Assembly: GCA_963667175.2 (NCBI GenBank)
Contig: CAXXXF010000006.1
Coordinates: forward strand, 64,001 to 128,000
Direction: 5' to 3'
DNA: 64,000 bases
From: Candidatus Latescibacterota bacterium
GTDB lineage: Bacteria; Latescibacterota; UBA2968; GCA-2709665
Shown: piece after piece, positions 20,657 to 30,521 of the stretch
Layout: each line of letters opens with the position of its first letter
Numbering within the stretch: the first letter of the stretch is position 1
Notes under the pieces: generated by a model
Database searches by the model: none
What the model was told of the DNA's origin: nothing
What the model saw: the letters and a program-made list of their open reading frames with translations, nothing else
Translations under genes and position numbers: made by a program

Positions 20657-20971
20657 ATGGCCATCACAAATACACAAAAACGCGCCATCCCGCCAACTCA
20701 TCCTGGCGAGATGCTGCGTGAGGATTTCTTGCCGGATTATGCGCAAACAGTGACTTCCCTGGCGGACGCATTGGGTGTATCCCGTCAAACGATAAATGAG
20801 CTTCTGCGGGAGCGGCGCGCCATCTCGCCGATCATGGCATTGAAACTTGGCCGCTTTTTTGGAAACTCTCCGGAATTCTGGATGAAGGCCCAAAACAAAC
20901 GAGATCTTTGGGAATCAGAGCAGCGACATCAAGGCGAGTTGGCGGACATCGAACCGCTCGCTATTCCGTAG
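20657..20971 (+). CDS. higA: HigA antitoxin
   Basis: PTHPGEMLREDFL HTH; SPEFWM. Confidence 0.92.
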   Translation: MAITNTQKRAIPPTHPGEMLREDFLPDYAQTVTSLADALGVSRQTINELLRERRAISPIMALKLGRFFGNSPEFWMKAQNKRDLWESEQRHQGELADIEPLAIP

Positions 20972-21007
20972 ACACCTTCCCCTGCACAAACCCCTTCCCT
21001 CTTTTGC

Positions 21008-21102
21008 TCGTAACGTTTTTCGGTTGCCGAACCCCGAGCTTGTCGAGGGGTTGCCAAAGGCCAAGGCGGCGCAGCCGCCGCAGTGGCAACCGGTTGTTAC
21101 CG
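21008..21102 (-). repeat. attC site
   Basis: TCGTAAC...GTTACCG; exact complement of the cassette start CGGTAAC at 21882. Confidence 0.9.
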
Positions 21103-21118
21103 GATGTGAGATCTCGAC

Positions 21119-21862
21119 CTACCCAAACCCGTTCGTACGTATCCATTCGATTGAGGACGAAATTCCCTGGTCAATTGCTTCCAAGCACCACACGGCCTCC
21201 GGCGCATACTCCAGAAGAGCACTGCATACCTCACCAATAGGAATTGTCCCTTGATCAAGAGAAAGGTGCTCGTCGGACTCTCCGTGATTGTTGTGCAGGT
21301 GAACCCACCCGATTCTCGGTCCAAGTCGTTCGATCCACGCTATCGGAGGCTCACGAGAGTTGCAATGGCAGTGCCCAATATCGAGGCACACGTCGACTCG
21401 CGGATCATTGATCGTGTCGATCACTTCAGCGAGTAGGACGGCATCCCTCTCAAGCATGTTCTCAACATGGTAGCGGACAGATGCTTCCTTGCCGTTAAGA
21501 AAGTCATGCCAGAACGCAACACATCGGCGCAACCAATTCTGCGGTGCGCTGGTCCCCGGGACATATCCGTGGTGCAGGATGATGTCAGGACATTCGAGTT
21601 CACGGGCAAAGCCATACGCCAATTCGAATCGATGCCTGGTCACCTCCCGGATCAGGGGATCATAGCTTCCGGCGCACAGATCGCCGAAAGGACCGTGCAG
21701 TGACCGTGGATGAAGATCCCCCAGAGCTATCTGCAAACCGGGCACCTTCTCTGACTCGAGGAAAGACTGGATCTCGATCCCATATCCATGTTGCCGACAA
21801 ACTGCGGCCAGCGTGAGGTCATCGACAGCGACCATAATGCAATGTGGTTTGGAGCTCGTCAT
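21119..21862 (-). CDS. sugar-phosphate isomerase/AP endonuclease family 2 TIM barrel
   Basis: HVEN, CLDIGH, VHLHNNHGESDEH. Confidence 0.85.
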   Translation of the reverse strand: MTSSKPHCIMVAVDDLTLAAVCRQHGYGIEIQSFLESEKVPGLQIALGDLHPRSLHGPFGDLCAGSYDPLIREVTRHRFELAYGFARELECPDIILHHGYVPGTSAPQNWLRRCVAFWHDFLNGKEASVRYHVENMLERDAVLLAEVIDTINDPRVDVCLDIGHCHCNSREPPIAWIERLGPRIGWVHLHNNHGESDEHLSLDQGTIPIGEVCSALLEYAPEAVWCLEAIDQGISSSIEWIRTNGFG

Positions 21863-21881
21863 ACTTCCCAAAACTCATTTC

Positions 21882-22017
21882 CGGTAACGTCCTCACAATT
21901 GCCGAAGCCGCCCAGTTTTTTTAGGGCGGTTTGGGTGAACATTGGCAGCCTTTTTGCGCCTTTGGCTTCTGCAATACGGATGACAATGTGAACTGGCAAT
22001 TGTGAGGACCGATATAC
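21882..22017 (-). repeat. long attC site
   Basis: Perfect 15-bp stem gtcctcacaattgcc/ggcaattgtgaggac. Confidence 0.8.
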
Positions 22018-22116
22018 GTTTCGTCTGGCAAATTGCCTCCTACAAGTGAATCTCCAAAACCCCGCGTCGCCAACGTCGACGCCGTCATCTCCTGGGTCAG
22101 GCGAGATGCGATTTTC

Positions 22117-22253
22117 CGCTAACGGTCGGTGTGGCCGATGCGGCCGCACATCAGGAAACAGATTAGGTTTTTTCACCATCAGGCCAACAATTCAGATGCG
22201 GCCATTTTGGTTGGGTTGAGGTTGGGGTGGGTCTCGGCCGCATATTGTTAAGT
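22117..22253 (-). repeat. two adjacent attC-like hairpins (22117-~22172 and 22182-22253)
   Basis: CGCTAAC...; GGCCAAC...atgcggcc/ggccgcat...GTTAAGT, the exact complement of ACTTAAC at 23206. Confidence 0.65.
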
Positions 22254-22329
22254 GTTGTTGCAGATTGGGTGGGGTGAATTTGCTTGGACGACAAGGCCGC
22301 TTCTACTCAGATCATAGCCACCGATAGGA

Positions 22330-23079
22330 TTAAGAGCGTTTGTAGAATTTCAACAGCCACGCCTCACTTGGATGATGGGCCGCTCTGATCGCCTCGATAA
22401 CTCGTTGGTAGTCGAACTCAACATGCCGGCGAACGACCTGATATCCGGATTCGTCTGCATCAAGGATCGCGTATTTGGCTCGAAGATCAGCCGTCATGGG
22501 GTTGGAGAGGCTACCGAGAGTTACATAACGAACGCCGTCGAGGGTCAAGTCAGATTCCAAGTGCGCATGGCCTGCGAATATCACGTCCGCTTGGCAATCA
22601 GGGAACATCTCCTCTGCCTCCTTTGCGGCTGTGCCTTCAACAACGACGAGTTCATCGCTGGCTAGAGACGCATGGACACCGAGCAGACGCGTCCCATCCG
22701 GCAATGACATGCGCTGTTCAAAAGGCAGGTCTCTAAGCCACCCGAACCATCCCGTTGCGAATATCGCACCTCGCGCCCAGCCGTTGCCCTGTTCGACACT
22801 CACTAGAGAATTTAGCAGGCGGGGATCGCTCATCACGCGTTCGACGGACGGACCACGCCGTCCTCCCGTAATTGCGTAGCGATCTGTATTTCCGGATACA
22901 CACCGCGTTGATGGTAGTTTGGAGATCCGCTCCACCACGCCGACGGGATCAAAGCCTTGATTAAAGAGATCTCCAAGAATCCAGTAACTATCGACGCCGC
23001 CCTGTGATCTGATATCATCTAAAACCGCATCTAGCGCAATTGAATTCCCGTGGATGTCAGAGAGCATAGCGATACGCAT
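22330..23079 (-). CDS. calcineurin-like metallophosphoesterase
   Basis: DIHGN, GD, GNTD, GHAH. Confidence 0.9.
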   Translation of the reverse strand: MRIAMLSDIHGNSIALDAVLDDIRSQGGVDSYWILGDLFNQGFDPVGVVERISKLPSTRCVSGNTDRYAITGGRRGPSVERVMSDPRLLNSLVSVEQGNGWARGAIFATGWFGWLRDLPFEQRMSLPDGTRLLGVHASLASDELVVVEGTAAKEAEEMFPDCQADVIFAGHAHLESDLTLDGVRYVTLGSLSNPMTADLRAKYAILDADESGYQVVRRHVEFDYQRVIEAIRAAHHPSEAWLLKFYKRS

Positions 23080-23205
23080 AAATTTTCACCTGATCAAACT
23101 CCTTCGGGCTACTTGCAGTCGGTCTGGGTAGGAGAAGCGCTATCTCAAAAGAGAAAGTTGCGCCACTTTCTGTGCCTTTTTGGGGTGGGGGAAATCTGCA
23201 ATTGC

Positions 23206-23360
23206 ACTTAACTACGGTATTACCGAAAAGTTACGGTAATCCGTGCCTGATCCGAAGATCTGCGAACGTTCGGGAACATTCCACGCTGAAATTTGTAGCC
23301 CGAACATGTTCAGGAATGCCGCCTATGGCGGCATCGTCGCTAATCAAAAACTGCCTCCCT
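23206..23360 (-). repeat. attI-like repeat, copy 1
   Basis: TAACTACGGtATTACCGAAaAGTTACGGTAAT...CCTGATCCGAAGATCTGCGAACGTTCGGGAACATTCCACG; homologous to 42357 and 53710. Confidence 0.7.
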
Positions 23361-23368
23361 TTCTTCCA

Positions 23369-23701
23369 TCAATGCATCCAGCGGGGTCCCTCGAAGGGTC
23401 CCAATTCAAACGATACGCCACAACTTTCAATATGCGCGATGGCCTCTTCGAAACCCTCCACTTCCAACGAGAGTCCCGCGCTGAGCACGGCTGGCGGTTC
23501 GCCACGAAACCAGGTCGTGGTCACCGCGAGAGTATCGAGGGGGCCTACAGCGTACTCGATGAAGCCGTCATCCCCATCGGGGCCGCGCGGAGGGTCGATG
23601 ACATTGGGTTCCGGCAGGCGCAGAACCGTCTCGTAGAATTCACGCGCGCGCTTTAGACTCGTCACCGGGTGGCCGACAAGAGCGAATTCTCTGATTTTCA
23701 C
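23369..23701 (-). pseudogene. VOC/glyoxalase protein, C-terminally truncated
   Basis: PVTSLKRAREFYETVL; lacks the terminal DPDGN motif and stops at the attI-like repeat. Confidence 0.65.
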
Positions 23702-24013
23702 GCAACTCTCCTCTTCAGTTCAATCTTTATTATTTTCAACTCCTTGCGGATGATCGGATATTGTCGATTTTCCAAATTGGCGAGTTTCGGCTTGGGAGGA
23801 TACCGTCGGACTCGACGGCGCACCTGAGAACGTCCGGGCTGTTTTCTGCTCCGTCAAACGCAGCGGGGCCTACGTCGCACGACGTAAGCCCCTTTCGTTT
23901 CACCTCTTCGATGAGGTCCAACCAACGCCACCTTCATCGGCCCTATCCCTTCCGGCACGCCATCGCCCGGAAGGACGAGGAGAAGGGCAGTGTCGACCTG
24001 CTCCTGTTCCGGT

Positions 24014-25066
24014 CTATAGCAGATGGTCCAGAATGAGATTGGTTGATTCAACAATGCGTTGATCGCGAGGCCGTAGATCCGGTTCGAACGCCTTGCCCGT
24101 TAGATGTTGCAGACCCTGAATGTAGCGGACAGCGATTTCTCCCGCCTGCTCGTCCGTGAACTGCTGGTCCTTCTCGGTAACCATTCCTCGCGCGAATTCT
24201 TTCGAAAACGAAACCGGTTTGCCACCCCGCGTCAGCGGCTGTCCGTCGTCGTCCATACGCCAGAAGCGGCTCGAGTCCATCGTGTACAATTCGTCTGCCG
24301 CCACGATCCGATCTTCTGTGTTGACCCCGTGTTCCGTTTTCGTGTCCACGAGGATCATTCCGCGCTCGGCGAGATACTGGGAGACCATCCCGAAAGCCAT
24401 GATGGATGCGTTGCGGAGCTCGTTGTATTGGCCGGGCGTGCAGACATTGTTGTCAAAGAGATACTGCGGATCGATCGTACGATCCACCTTGTCCTTGGTG
24501 CTCGGCGTATCCATCAGGTATGGCAGTACGCCATTGGCGGACAACTGATCCACGTCGATCTGATGGCCCGCATAGTCGAGCGTCGACTCACCCGCCTCCC
24601 TGGCTTGCAGCCAGTGCTGATAGAGGGACGTCGAGGTGCTGCTCTCGGCGTTATACATCCGAAGGACGTTCTCCACCATGATCAGCTTCAAATTCTCTGC
24701 CGGAATCACCGTCGAACTGGCCTTAAGACCAGGCACCTTGAACTGAGAACTGCCCAATACGTGTTCCACCAAACGCAGCATGTGGTCATGATTGATCGCC
24801 AGCACCTGATCCTTAAACGGGATGGCCCCGCGATTCACATCGTGCGTCGATATCCGGTTGTTCCGGAACATCAGCCGGATCGGCTGGCCTTCGCTGGTCG
24901 CGAGGCTCTCGCCAAACACCGAGTCCGATACCTTCCCCTCCAGGATGGTGCAACCATCGAGACGCGGAAGATCACCATCGGCGATAATCTGCTTGATCGG
25001 ACGCCCCTCATTGACGCGTGCACCGTTCTCGGCCACTAATACTCTGATCTGGGTATCATTTAGCAT
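24014..25066 (-). CDS. purC: divergent SAICAR synthetase
   Basis: EGKV, NRISTHDV...IPFK, LVDTKTEHG, DELYTMDSSRFW, FSKEFAR. Confidence 0.8.
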   Translation of the reverse strand: MLNDTQIRVLVAENGARVNEGRPIKQIIADGDLPRLDGCTILEGKVSDSVFGESLATSEGQPIRLMFRNNRISTHDVNRGAIPFKDQVLAINHDHMLRLVEHVLGSSQFKVPGLKASSTVIPAENLKLIMVENVLRMYNAESSTSTSLYQHWLQAREAGESTLDYAGHQIDVDQLSANGVLPYLMDTPSTKDKVDRTIDPQYLFDNNVCTPGQYNELRNASIMAFGMVSQYLAERGMILVDTKTEHGVNTEDRIVAADELYTMDSSRFWRMDDDGQPLTRGGKPVSFSKEFARGMVTEKDQQFTDEQAGEIAVRYIQGLQHLTGKAFEPDLRPRDQRIVESTNLILDHLL

Positions 25067-25368
25067 GGGTACAGTCCTGTTCAGGTGAAGGCCTCTGGGG
25101 GGAGACGCTCAAGGGAACAGCGATCGTCGTAGAGGCTGGCTTTAGGAAGCGGATGGTCGTCAGGTCAAAGCCGGCGGGATGCCATGCGGGGGGAGTATAT
25201 GGGCGCAGCAATTACCAGTCGGCTTGTTACAGTGCTTAAGATACACGGTGTGTTCGCGCAGAGCAAGGAAAACCGGCTCGGACGTGGATTGGGTGAGGTA
25301 AATCCAAGCTTTCGGGTCTTGTGCACAATCAGCGGGGGTTGGGTGGTTGGGTATCCTCCGCCGCTTGC

Positions 25369-25451
25369 GTGTGACGTCTAAGTGCCCCCGAACCGCGTAG
25401 CGGTTGCGCGAAGGGGCACAAGCCCCGAAGCCGGGGGTGCCGTTGTTAGCC
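25369..25451 (-). repeat. attC site
   Basis: GTGTGAC...gcccccg/cgggggt...GTTAGCC, the exact complement of GGCTAAC at 26442. Confidence 0.85.
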
Positions 25452-25541
25452 GATGCGGCGCGCCCCGGGTCCAGACACAGCCATCAAAGTGGGTCAGTCT
25501 AGCGCACACCATACACGGCCCCGCTTGGTTTTTCCTGACTC

Positions 25542-26345
25542 TCAATTGGGAAAGCTGATAATCTCCACAGCTGATACAGAGATTACTCCGTGGTCATTGG
25601 TGACGTCACAAAATAGCATCTCCTGCTCGTTCAAAGAGGCCCTTTGGATAATTCGCCTGGCGGTGTCACAAACGACGGAACCGCCAAGAACACGGCCTTC
25701 AAGTATTGGGGTGACCTGGGAAACATAGTTGGACTGGATGACCGGCACATTGAACAATCCTGTAATCGCTTTCGCCCCCTCTCCGCACCCGTCTCGGGTC
25801 ATCTCGCCATCCTGGTTCGTTTTGCTCGTCGCGACACTTGGCCACAGAATCACGTCGCTGTCCTCTAGGCCTCGGCCTACCACGTGATCCAGAAAACTCG
25901 ATTCGGCGCAGAAGACAGAACCAAAAAGAATACCGTGGATGTCTACAGGAGACCGCTCCTCTGACTCTACAAAACCCCATAGTTTCTTCCAACCCTCGAC
26001 CAAGAATGTCCTGGAGCCAGCAAGTACCGGTCCTTCCCCCGGCTGCAGTAGCAACAGCGCATTGAGGAATCCTCTCTTCGAGAGAAAGGGCGAGCCAACC
26101 AGCGTGTAAACTCCAATTTCTTGGGTAACCATGCTCAGCTCTTCCAAACTCGTCTCGATTTGGCCGTACCAATCAGGCTCTTTGAAGAATTCGTGTAAGT
26201 GTTGATCATACCCGGTCAGCATCATCTCTGGGAAAACTATCAACTCAGCCTCATGGGATGCCGCCCTTTGCATCCACGCTTCAACAGTCGCGGTATTTTC
26301 TTCAACTGTTGCCGACATTGCGGGTTGTATTGAACAGACTCTCAT
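25542..26345 (-). CDS. carbon-nitrogen hydrolase (nitrilase family)
   Basis: LIVFPEMMLTGY; FCAE. Confidence 0.8.
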   Translation of the reverse strand: MRVCSIQPAMSATVEENTATVEAWMQRAASHEAELIVFPEMMLTGYDQHLHEFFKEPDWYGQIETSLEELSMVTQEIGVYTLVGSPFLSKRGFLNALLLLQPGEGPVLAGSRTFLVEGWKKLWGFVESEERSPVDIHGILFGSVFCAESSFLDHVVGRGLEDSDVILWPSVATSKTNQDGEMTRDGCGEGAKAITGLFNVPVIQSNYVSQVTPILEGRVLGGSVVCDTARRIIQRASLNEQEMLFCDVTNDHGVISVSAVEIISFPN

Positions 26346-26441
26346 TTGATTTCTGGATAAGTAGGGCTGAGGTGTGTCATGGTCTTGCTCTTGTGCTCCG
26401 TAACCCGGGTTGGGAGGGGTTCCGTATTCTGCGCCGCATTC

Positions 26442-26529
26442 GGCTAACGTTTGACGGTTTGCGAATCCCGAAGGGGTTGCCAAAGGCCAAGGAGCGTAAG
26501 CGAACTAGCGCAACACCGTGTTGTTAGCC
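26442..26529 (-). repeat. attC site (family 1)
   Basis: GGCTAAC...GTTAGCC; 6/7 complement of GACTAAC at 27980. Confidence 0.9.
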
Positions 26530-26586
26530 GTCGGCACGCGCCACCAAAGCCATAACAGCCCTCTTTTCTATCTTCTTTGAGTTTAG

Positions 26587-27084
26587 TCAAAGGTCACCAA
26601 CTTCGCAGGGGTCCGGTACATTACTCTGTTCAGTTCCGATCCGTTTCACCATTTCAAGATACCAGGGAGCGAATCCACATTCCCGATAAAATGCCAGGAT
26701 ATCATCGAACCGCTTCGCGGCCGAGTAGAGCCGCATGTGACTGAATCCACTGACCTCTGCCCTAACTTGGACAGCATTGACCAACTGCCGGCCTAACCCA
26801 CGATGACGAGATCCGGTACGCACATACAGTTCAACGATTTCAAGAATACGGCTGCCTTCAGGGAATACACACTCGTCTCCATACGGCCGTTCGACGCAAT
26901 AGATGAATCCTACAGGCTTACAGCCATCCATCGCCAGAAAGAGCCAATCCAAGTCGCGGTCGTTCCACACCTCCACCGAATCGGGCCCATAGCCCCATAT
27001 TGCGCTCACGGACGCCAAGTCATTCTGCATCAAGAGAATCCCGGTTATATCCCCGTCGTTTCCTTTACGTATTGTAACAGTCAT
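26587..27084 (-). CDS. GNAT acetyltransferase
   Basis: LYVRTGSRHRGLGRQL; FYRECGF. Confidence 0.85.
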   Translation of the reverse strand: MTVTIRKGNDGDITGILLMQNDLASVSAIWGYGPDSVEVWNDRDLDWLFLAMDGCKPVGFIYCVERPYGDECVFPEGSRILEIVELYVRTGSRHRGLGRQLVNAVQVRAEVSGFSHMRLYSAAKRFDDILAFYRECGFAPWYLEMVKRIGTEQSNVPDPCEVGDL

Positions 27085-27889
27085 CTGCCCCAGCCTCTCC
27101 ATGAAGCCAACTAAGGCCACTCGGCCAACCCTGGTCGGCCTTAGACAGGATGGCGCGATAGTAGTTATTCAATCCAGTAACGGTATAGTCAAACATCCTG
27201 GAATCGCGGACGTAGTAGTTGGCGATACCGCCTGCCGTGAACTGCTCTGGGTGCGTATACCAGGCTTCGGGACTTTGGTGCCGGACGACTAATTCGGCGT
27301 CATTCATGAGTTCCCACGTGGTTGCAGGAGTGCAATCCTCCCGTTGATAGACTACGCCCGAACTCGTGTCGACTGCTCCCCAGGCCCCAGAACGATGGAC
27401 TTCGACGATCACATGTCCACTGTAGGCTGCATTTAGATTGAAGAGATTCACAATGCGACACGGAAAGCCGGCAACTTGATATAGCGCACACCCTACTCGA
27501 GCCACGTCGGTGCACCAATCAGAACCCCTTTTGATGATCTGCTCTTCTGTTCCTCCAAATCTCATCGAGGACAGTCCGCCACTTGGCTTCTTTTCGCGCA
27601 AACCGAGCGTGGTTTGAGCGATAGCAGCAACCTGCTGCATACGATCGACGACTAGCGATTTCGTCTTAGAAAGAAAGGTCTCAAGACCTGGACGAGATCC
27701 TGCGACGTAGCCGATATCCAGGTCGGTAAAACCGTCGTAAAGGTAAGGAGCTGTGTCATCGCAGAGCCTCAACATATTGGATACGACCTCGCGGTCCACG
27801 CTTCCTTGAGCATGAGTGTCGTTCTCGAGCATGCACTGGTATGCACTGCCGAAAGCTTTAGGGCCTGTAAATCGTGTAAGGTTCGTCAT
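27065..27889 (-). CDS. transglutaminase-like protein
   Basis: Cys-His-Asp triad: WCTDVAR, GHVIVE, WGAVD. Confidence 0.8.
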   Translation of the reverse strand: MTNLTRFTGPKAFGSAYQCMLENDTHAQGSVDREVVSNMLRLCDDTAPYLYDGFTDLDIGYVAGSRPGLETFLSKTKSLVVDRMQQVAAIAQTTLGLREKKPSGGLSSMRFGGTEEQIIKRGSDWCTDVARVGCALYQVAGFPCRIVNLFNLNAAYSGHVIVEVHRSGAWGAVDTSSGVVYQREDCTPATTWELMNDAELVVRHQSPEAWYTHPEQFTAGGIANYYVRDSRMFDYTVTGLNNYYRAILSKADQGWPSGLSWLHGEAGADDCYNT

Positions 27890-27979
27890 TGTCTTGTTGA
27901 ACAATTGCCTCTACGGAAGAATCCCGGGGCAGTCAGGGTTGAACCACCGGTTGTGCTATTAGGTTTGGCGCGAGCTTTC

Positions 27980-28064
27980 GACTAACGTTCTTGCCGTGTG
28001 CGAACTGCCGAAGACAGTGGGACGAAGGGGCGGATGCACCAGGCCGCACGCGGTCGAGTTACAC
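27980..28064 (-). repeat. attC site
   Basis: GACTAAC...GTTACAC overlapping the NUDIX stop; exact complement of GTGTAAC at 28639. Confidence 0.85.
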
Positions 28065-28565
28065 GTTGCCGTGGCCGGGTGGACGTAACCTGTCGTTCAT
28101 AGCCGGAAGCTCTTCAATCTTGCCGGTATTCAGACGTTCATTGAGTTCCCAGAGTGCGATTCGGTTGCTTTCCCATGTGAGCAGCCTTGTAGCTTCCTTA
28201 AAGGATAACCAGCTCACCTTGTCATGTTCATGTGACAAATCAAGTTCTTGACCGCTTACATCAACCGCAAATGAGTATTCAGGCACGACAAAGATGTCCT
28301 TGGACCAGTGTTCTGTTGGTGAGAATACCGTCTTGGGGACGGATGCGCGAGAATCCAGCCGAAAGAAACGTGCCCCCTTTGGAATGCCTGCCTCCTCTTC
28401 TGCCTCACGCCGTGCGGTTTGCTCTGCCGTCTCATCGTCTTCGGCGCCACCCGCAATGAACTGCCACATAGAGTCATCCGCCCTATGGAAGACGGCAAAC
28501 TGGTATCCGACACTCTCACTCTCCCTGAACGGTATCACGATCACTTGTAGTGGTTGCCTTGCCAT
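28059..28565 (-). CDS. NUDIX hydrolase
   Basis: GGAEDDETAEQTARREAEEEAG Nudix box. Confidence 0.9.
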   Translation of the reverse strand: MARQPLQVIVIPFRESESVGYQFAVFHRADDSMWQFIAGGAEDDETAEQTARREAEEEAGIPKGARFFRLDSRASVPKTVFSPTEHWSKDIFVVPEYSFAVDVSGQELDLSHEHDKVSWLSFKEATRLLTWESNRIALWELNERLNTGKIEELPAMNDRLRPPGHGNV

Positions 28566-28638
28566 GCCAACTATTCTCTCGGGCTGGGTCGCTCAAACTC
28601 GTCCATCACAGCAGAAATATAGCCCCGCCACGGTTTTC

Positions 28639-28723
28639 GTGTAACGTTCCCGCCACTTGCGAACCGCCGAGCGAAACGAGGTGGTTGCCGTCAGGCCAGG
28701 GAGCGCAAGTGGACGTGTTAGCG
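28639..28723 (-). repeat. attC site
   Basis: GTGTAAC-gttcccgccacttgcg...cgcaagtggacgt-GTTAGCG, overlapping the stop at 28718. Confidence 0.9.
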
Positions 28724-29239
28724 GCCTGTGCGGTCGCTGGCAGGCTTAAATCCCTGGACACCGATCTCGTCGTGTAGAATCCGATCAACGATGCAGCCAA
28801 GTTGCTGCACTTTCGCAAATTCGGCAGAGAGTTTCTCAATCAGGTCATCGTCGCCGAAGCGAACGTCTCGACTGAAGACCTTCATCGTACTGTTCGACAC
28901 CTTGTATCCCTTCCATGTCTCAATCATACCGCGTGCTTCTTTCACAAAAGGCCGGCTGAAAGCAGCGCGCTTCAATCGAGTTCCCGGAAATGTGTCTTGA
29001 TGAAGCACGTGCATGACAACACGTGTCTTCTTCTGTTGCATTTCACGGTCAGTAATCCAGGTCTCGAAATGGATACCCATTCCGTCTTGATTGAACCATA
29101 GGTCCCTGAACAGTTGAAGCCCTGATCCACCACTCTTGGGAAACGTGTCCAGTCGCGTTTCCCACCCATCCGAAAACCAGTCTGCCGTACGCAAATTACC
29201 GTCCAGCTTCTCCATCAAGGACGAATAGTCACTCCCCAT
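28718..29239 (-). CDS. hypothetical protein
   Basis: 173 aa; overlaps the upstream gene end; stop lies in R''. Confidence 0.7.
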   Translation of the reverse strand: MGSDYSSLMEKLDGNLRTADWFSDGWETRLDTFPKSGGSGLQLFRDLWFNQDGMGIHFETWITDREMQQKKTRVVMHVLHQDTFPGTRLKRAAFSRPFVKEARGMIETWKGYKVSNSTMKVFSRDVRFGDDDLIEKLSAEFAKVQQLGCIVDRILHDEIGVQGFKPASDRTGR

Positions 29240-30347
29240 CGGCCTCTCCTCTGCTTTCTGACGGGTGATCTGTCACTGCAGGCAAGACATGCCTTGTTAG
29301 GATGCGAAAGACCTGGTTGGCGACTGCGGATCCGTAATTTCCGCCCGTGAAGACGATCACCATCTCAACATCGGGAATCACGAACAGGAACTGACCGCCA
29401 TTTCCTTCGGCAACGAAGGTTTTGACAGGACGTCCGGCAACACTGAAGCGGTCCAGCCACCAGCCAAACCCATATCGTTCGTTTCCAAACTGAGGGCTGA
29501 CAGATTCTTCGATCCATTCCGCAGGCAGTACCTCAACTCCGTTCCACACCCCACGGTCCAGGTACAGCTGACCGATCTTGGCCAAATCACGGGGTCTGAG
29601 ACGAAGACCTGCATGCGTTTGCGGCAATCCTGTCTTTGTCCGCCACCAATCACTCCGAACGATGCCCAGAGGTCCAAAGAGATATTCGTTGGCGAAAGCA
29701 TCTGCGTGCAGACCGGAAACCTTCTTGATAACCCCCGCAAGAAGAATCGCACATCCGCTATTGTAGTTAAACCGTCTGCCGGGTTCGTCAGACATGTCAG
29801 CTGACAGTACATATCCGATGAAGTCGTCACTGTTCTCCATCTGAGCCTCCGAGTTTGGAGAACCAGGCTCAGATTTATGCGCTCCCGATTGGTCCCACCT
29901 GAACCCGGAAGTCATCGTCAGCAGATGTCCCAAAGTGATCTGTTTTTTCTCTTCGGTTATGTGCGCGGAGTAATCCGGGAAGAATTGATGCATGGGCACG
30001 TCAACAGAATCGATGAAGCCCTTGTCAATGGCTATTCCAACGAGCGCGGACGTTACACTCTTTGAAACAGAGCGTGTGTCATGTAGCTGGTCCTTGTCGA
30101 ATACGACATGCCCCCTCCACCCATCGGCGCCCGCAAAGTACTCCTCCAGTACCAGAATGCCTCGCCGAGCAATCAGAAAGCTGTGGAGATTCTTGTACTC
30201 CCCATCCCGGATCCTGGCCAGACACTCCGCTATCGTATCCGCATCCAGACCTTGTCCAGCCAGAGTACCAGTCCTCCAACCATCGGATGCATCAGCATGA
30301 CCTGTGCTGCACAGAGTGAGGAACATTGACAAGAACAGACGGTTCAC
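29229..30347 (-). CDS. serine hydrolase (class C beta-lactamase-like), secreted
   Basis: SVSK, LLTMTSG, FNYN, GNGGQ; signal peptide. Confidence 0.9.
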   Translation of the reverse strand: MNRLFLSMFLTLCSTGHADASDGWRTGTLAGQGLDADTIAECLARIRDGEYKNLHSFLIARRGILVLEEYFAGADGWRGHVVFDKDQLHDTRSVSKSVTSALVGIAIDKGFIDSVDVPMHQFFPDYSAHITEEKKQITLGHLLTMTSGFRWDQSGAHKSEPGSPNSEAQMENSDDFIGYVLSADMSDEPGRRFNYNSGCAILLAGVIKKVSGLHADAFANEYLFGPLGIVRSDWWRTKTGLPQTHAGLRLRPRDLAKIGQLYLDRGVWNGVEVLPAEWIEESVSPQFGNERYGFGWWLDRFSVAGRPVKTFVAEGNGGQFLFVIPDVEMVIVFTGGNYGSAVANQVFRILTRHVLPAVTDHPSESRGEADGE

Positions 30348-30361
30348 CGATCTGACTCCTA

Positions 30362-30512
30362 ACAGCCCGTTGAAAAAGTCCATCCGGGCTACCTGCCTGG
30401 CCGCCCGCCTGCGCCGAGTGCCGCTCGGCAGGCAGGGCAGACAGGCGTCCGGCCCTTGTGACCGAATACCGGCGTTGCCTGCCTGCAGCAGGCAGGCGCT
30501 CCCTCCCGGAAC
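30362..30512. mobile_element. partial MITE (one end of the 36984-37328 family) with nested REP palindrome
   Basis: ACAGCCCGTTGAAAAAGTC end; reverse-complement match to about 37235-37328, with an extra cctgcc...ggcagg insert. Confidence 0.75.
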
Positions 30513-30521
30513 TACATGGAT

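Noticed and set aside
23262-23315. LexA box in the attI-like repeat (GAACGTTC, GAACATGTTC)
   Set aside because: The spacing matches neither GAAC-N4-GTTC nor GAAC-N7-GAAC, so I cannot support the call.
23243-23360. Repeated peptide PDPKICERSGTF (also near 42400)
   Set aside because: It is a translation of the non-coding attI-like repeat; starts and lengths are not conserved between copies.
23736-24010. Small ORFs between the VOC gene and purC
   Set aside because: No recognisable family; probably gene scraps.
25080-25210. ZTP or purine riboswitch upstream of purC
   Set aside because: The minus-strand sequence lacks the consensus elements I could check by eye; an Rfam scan would be decisive.
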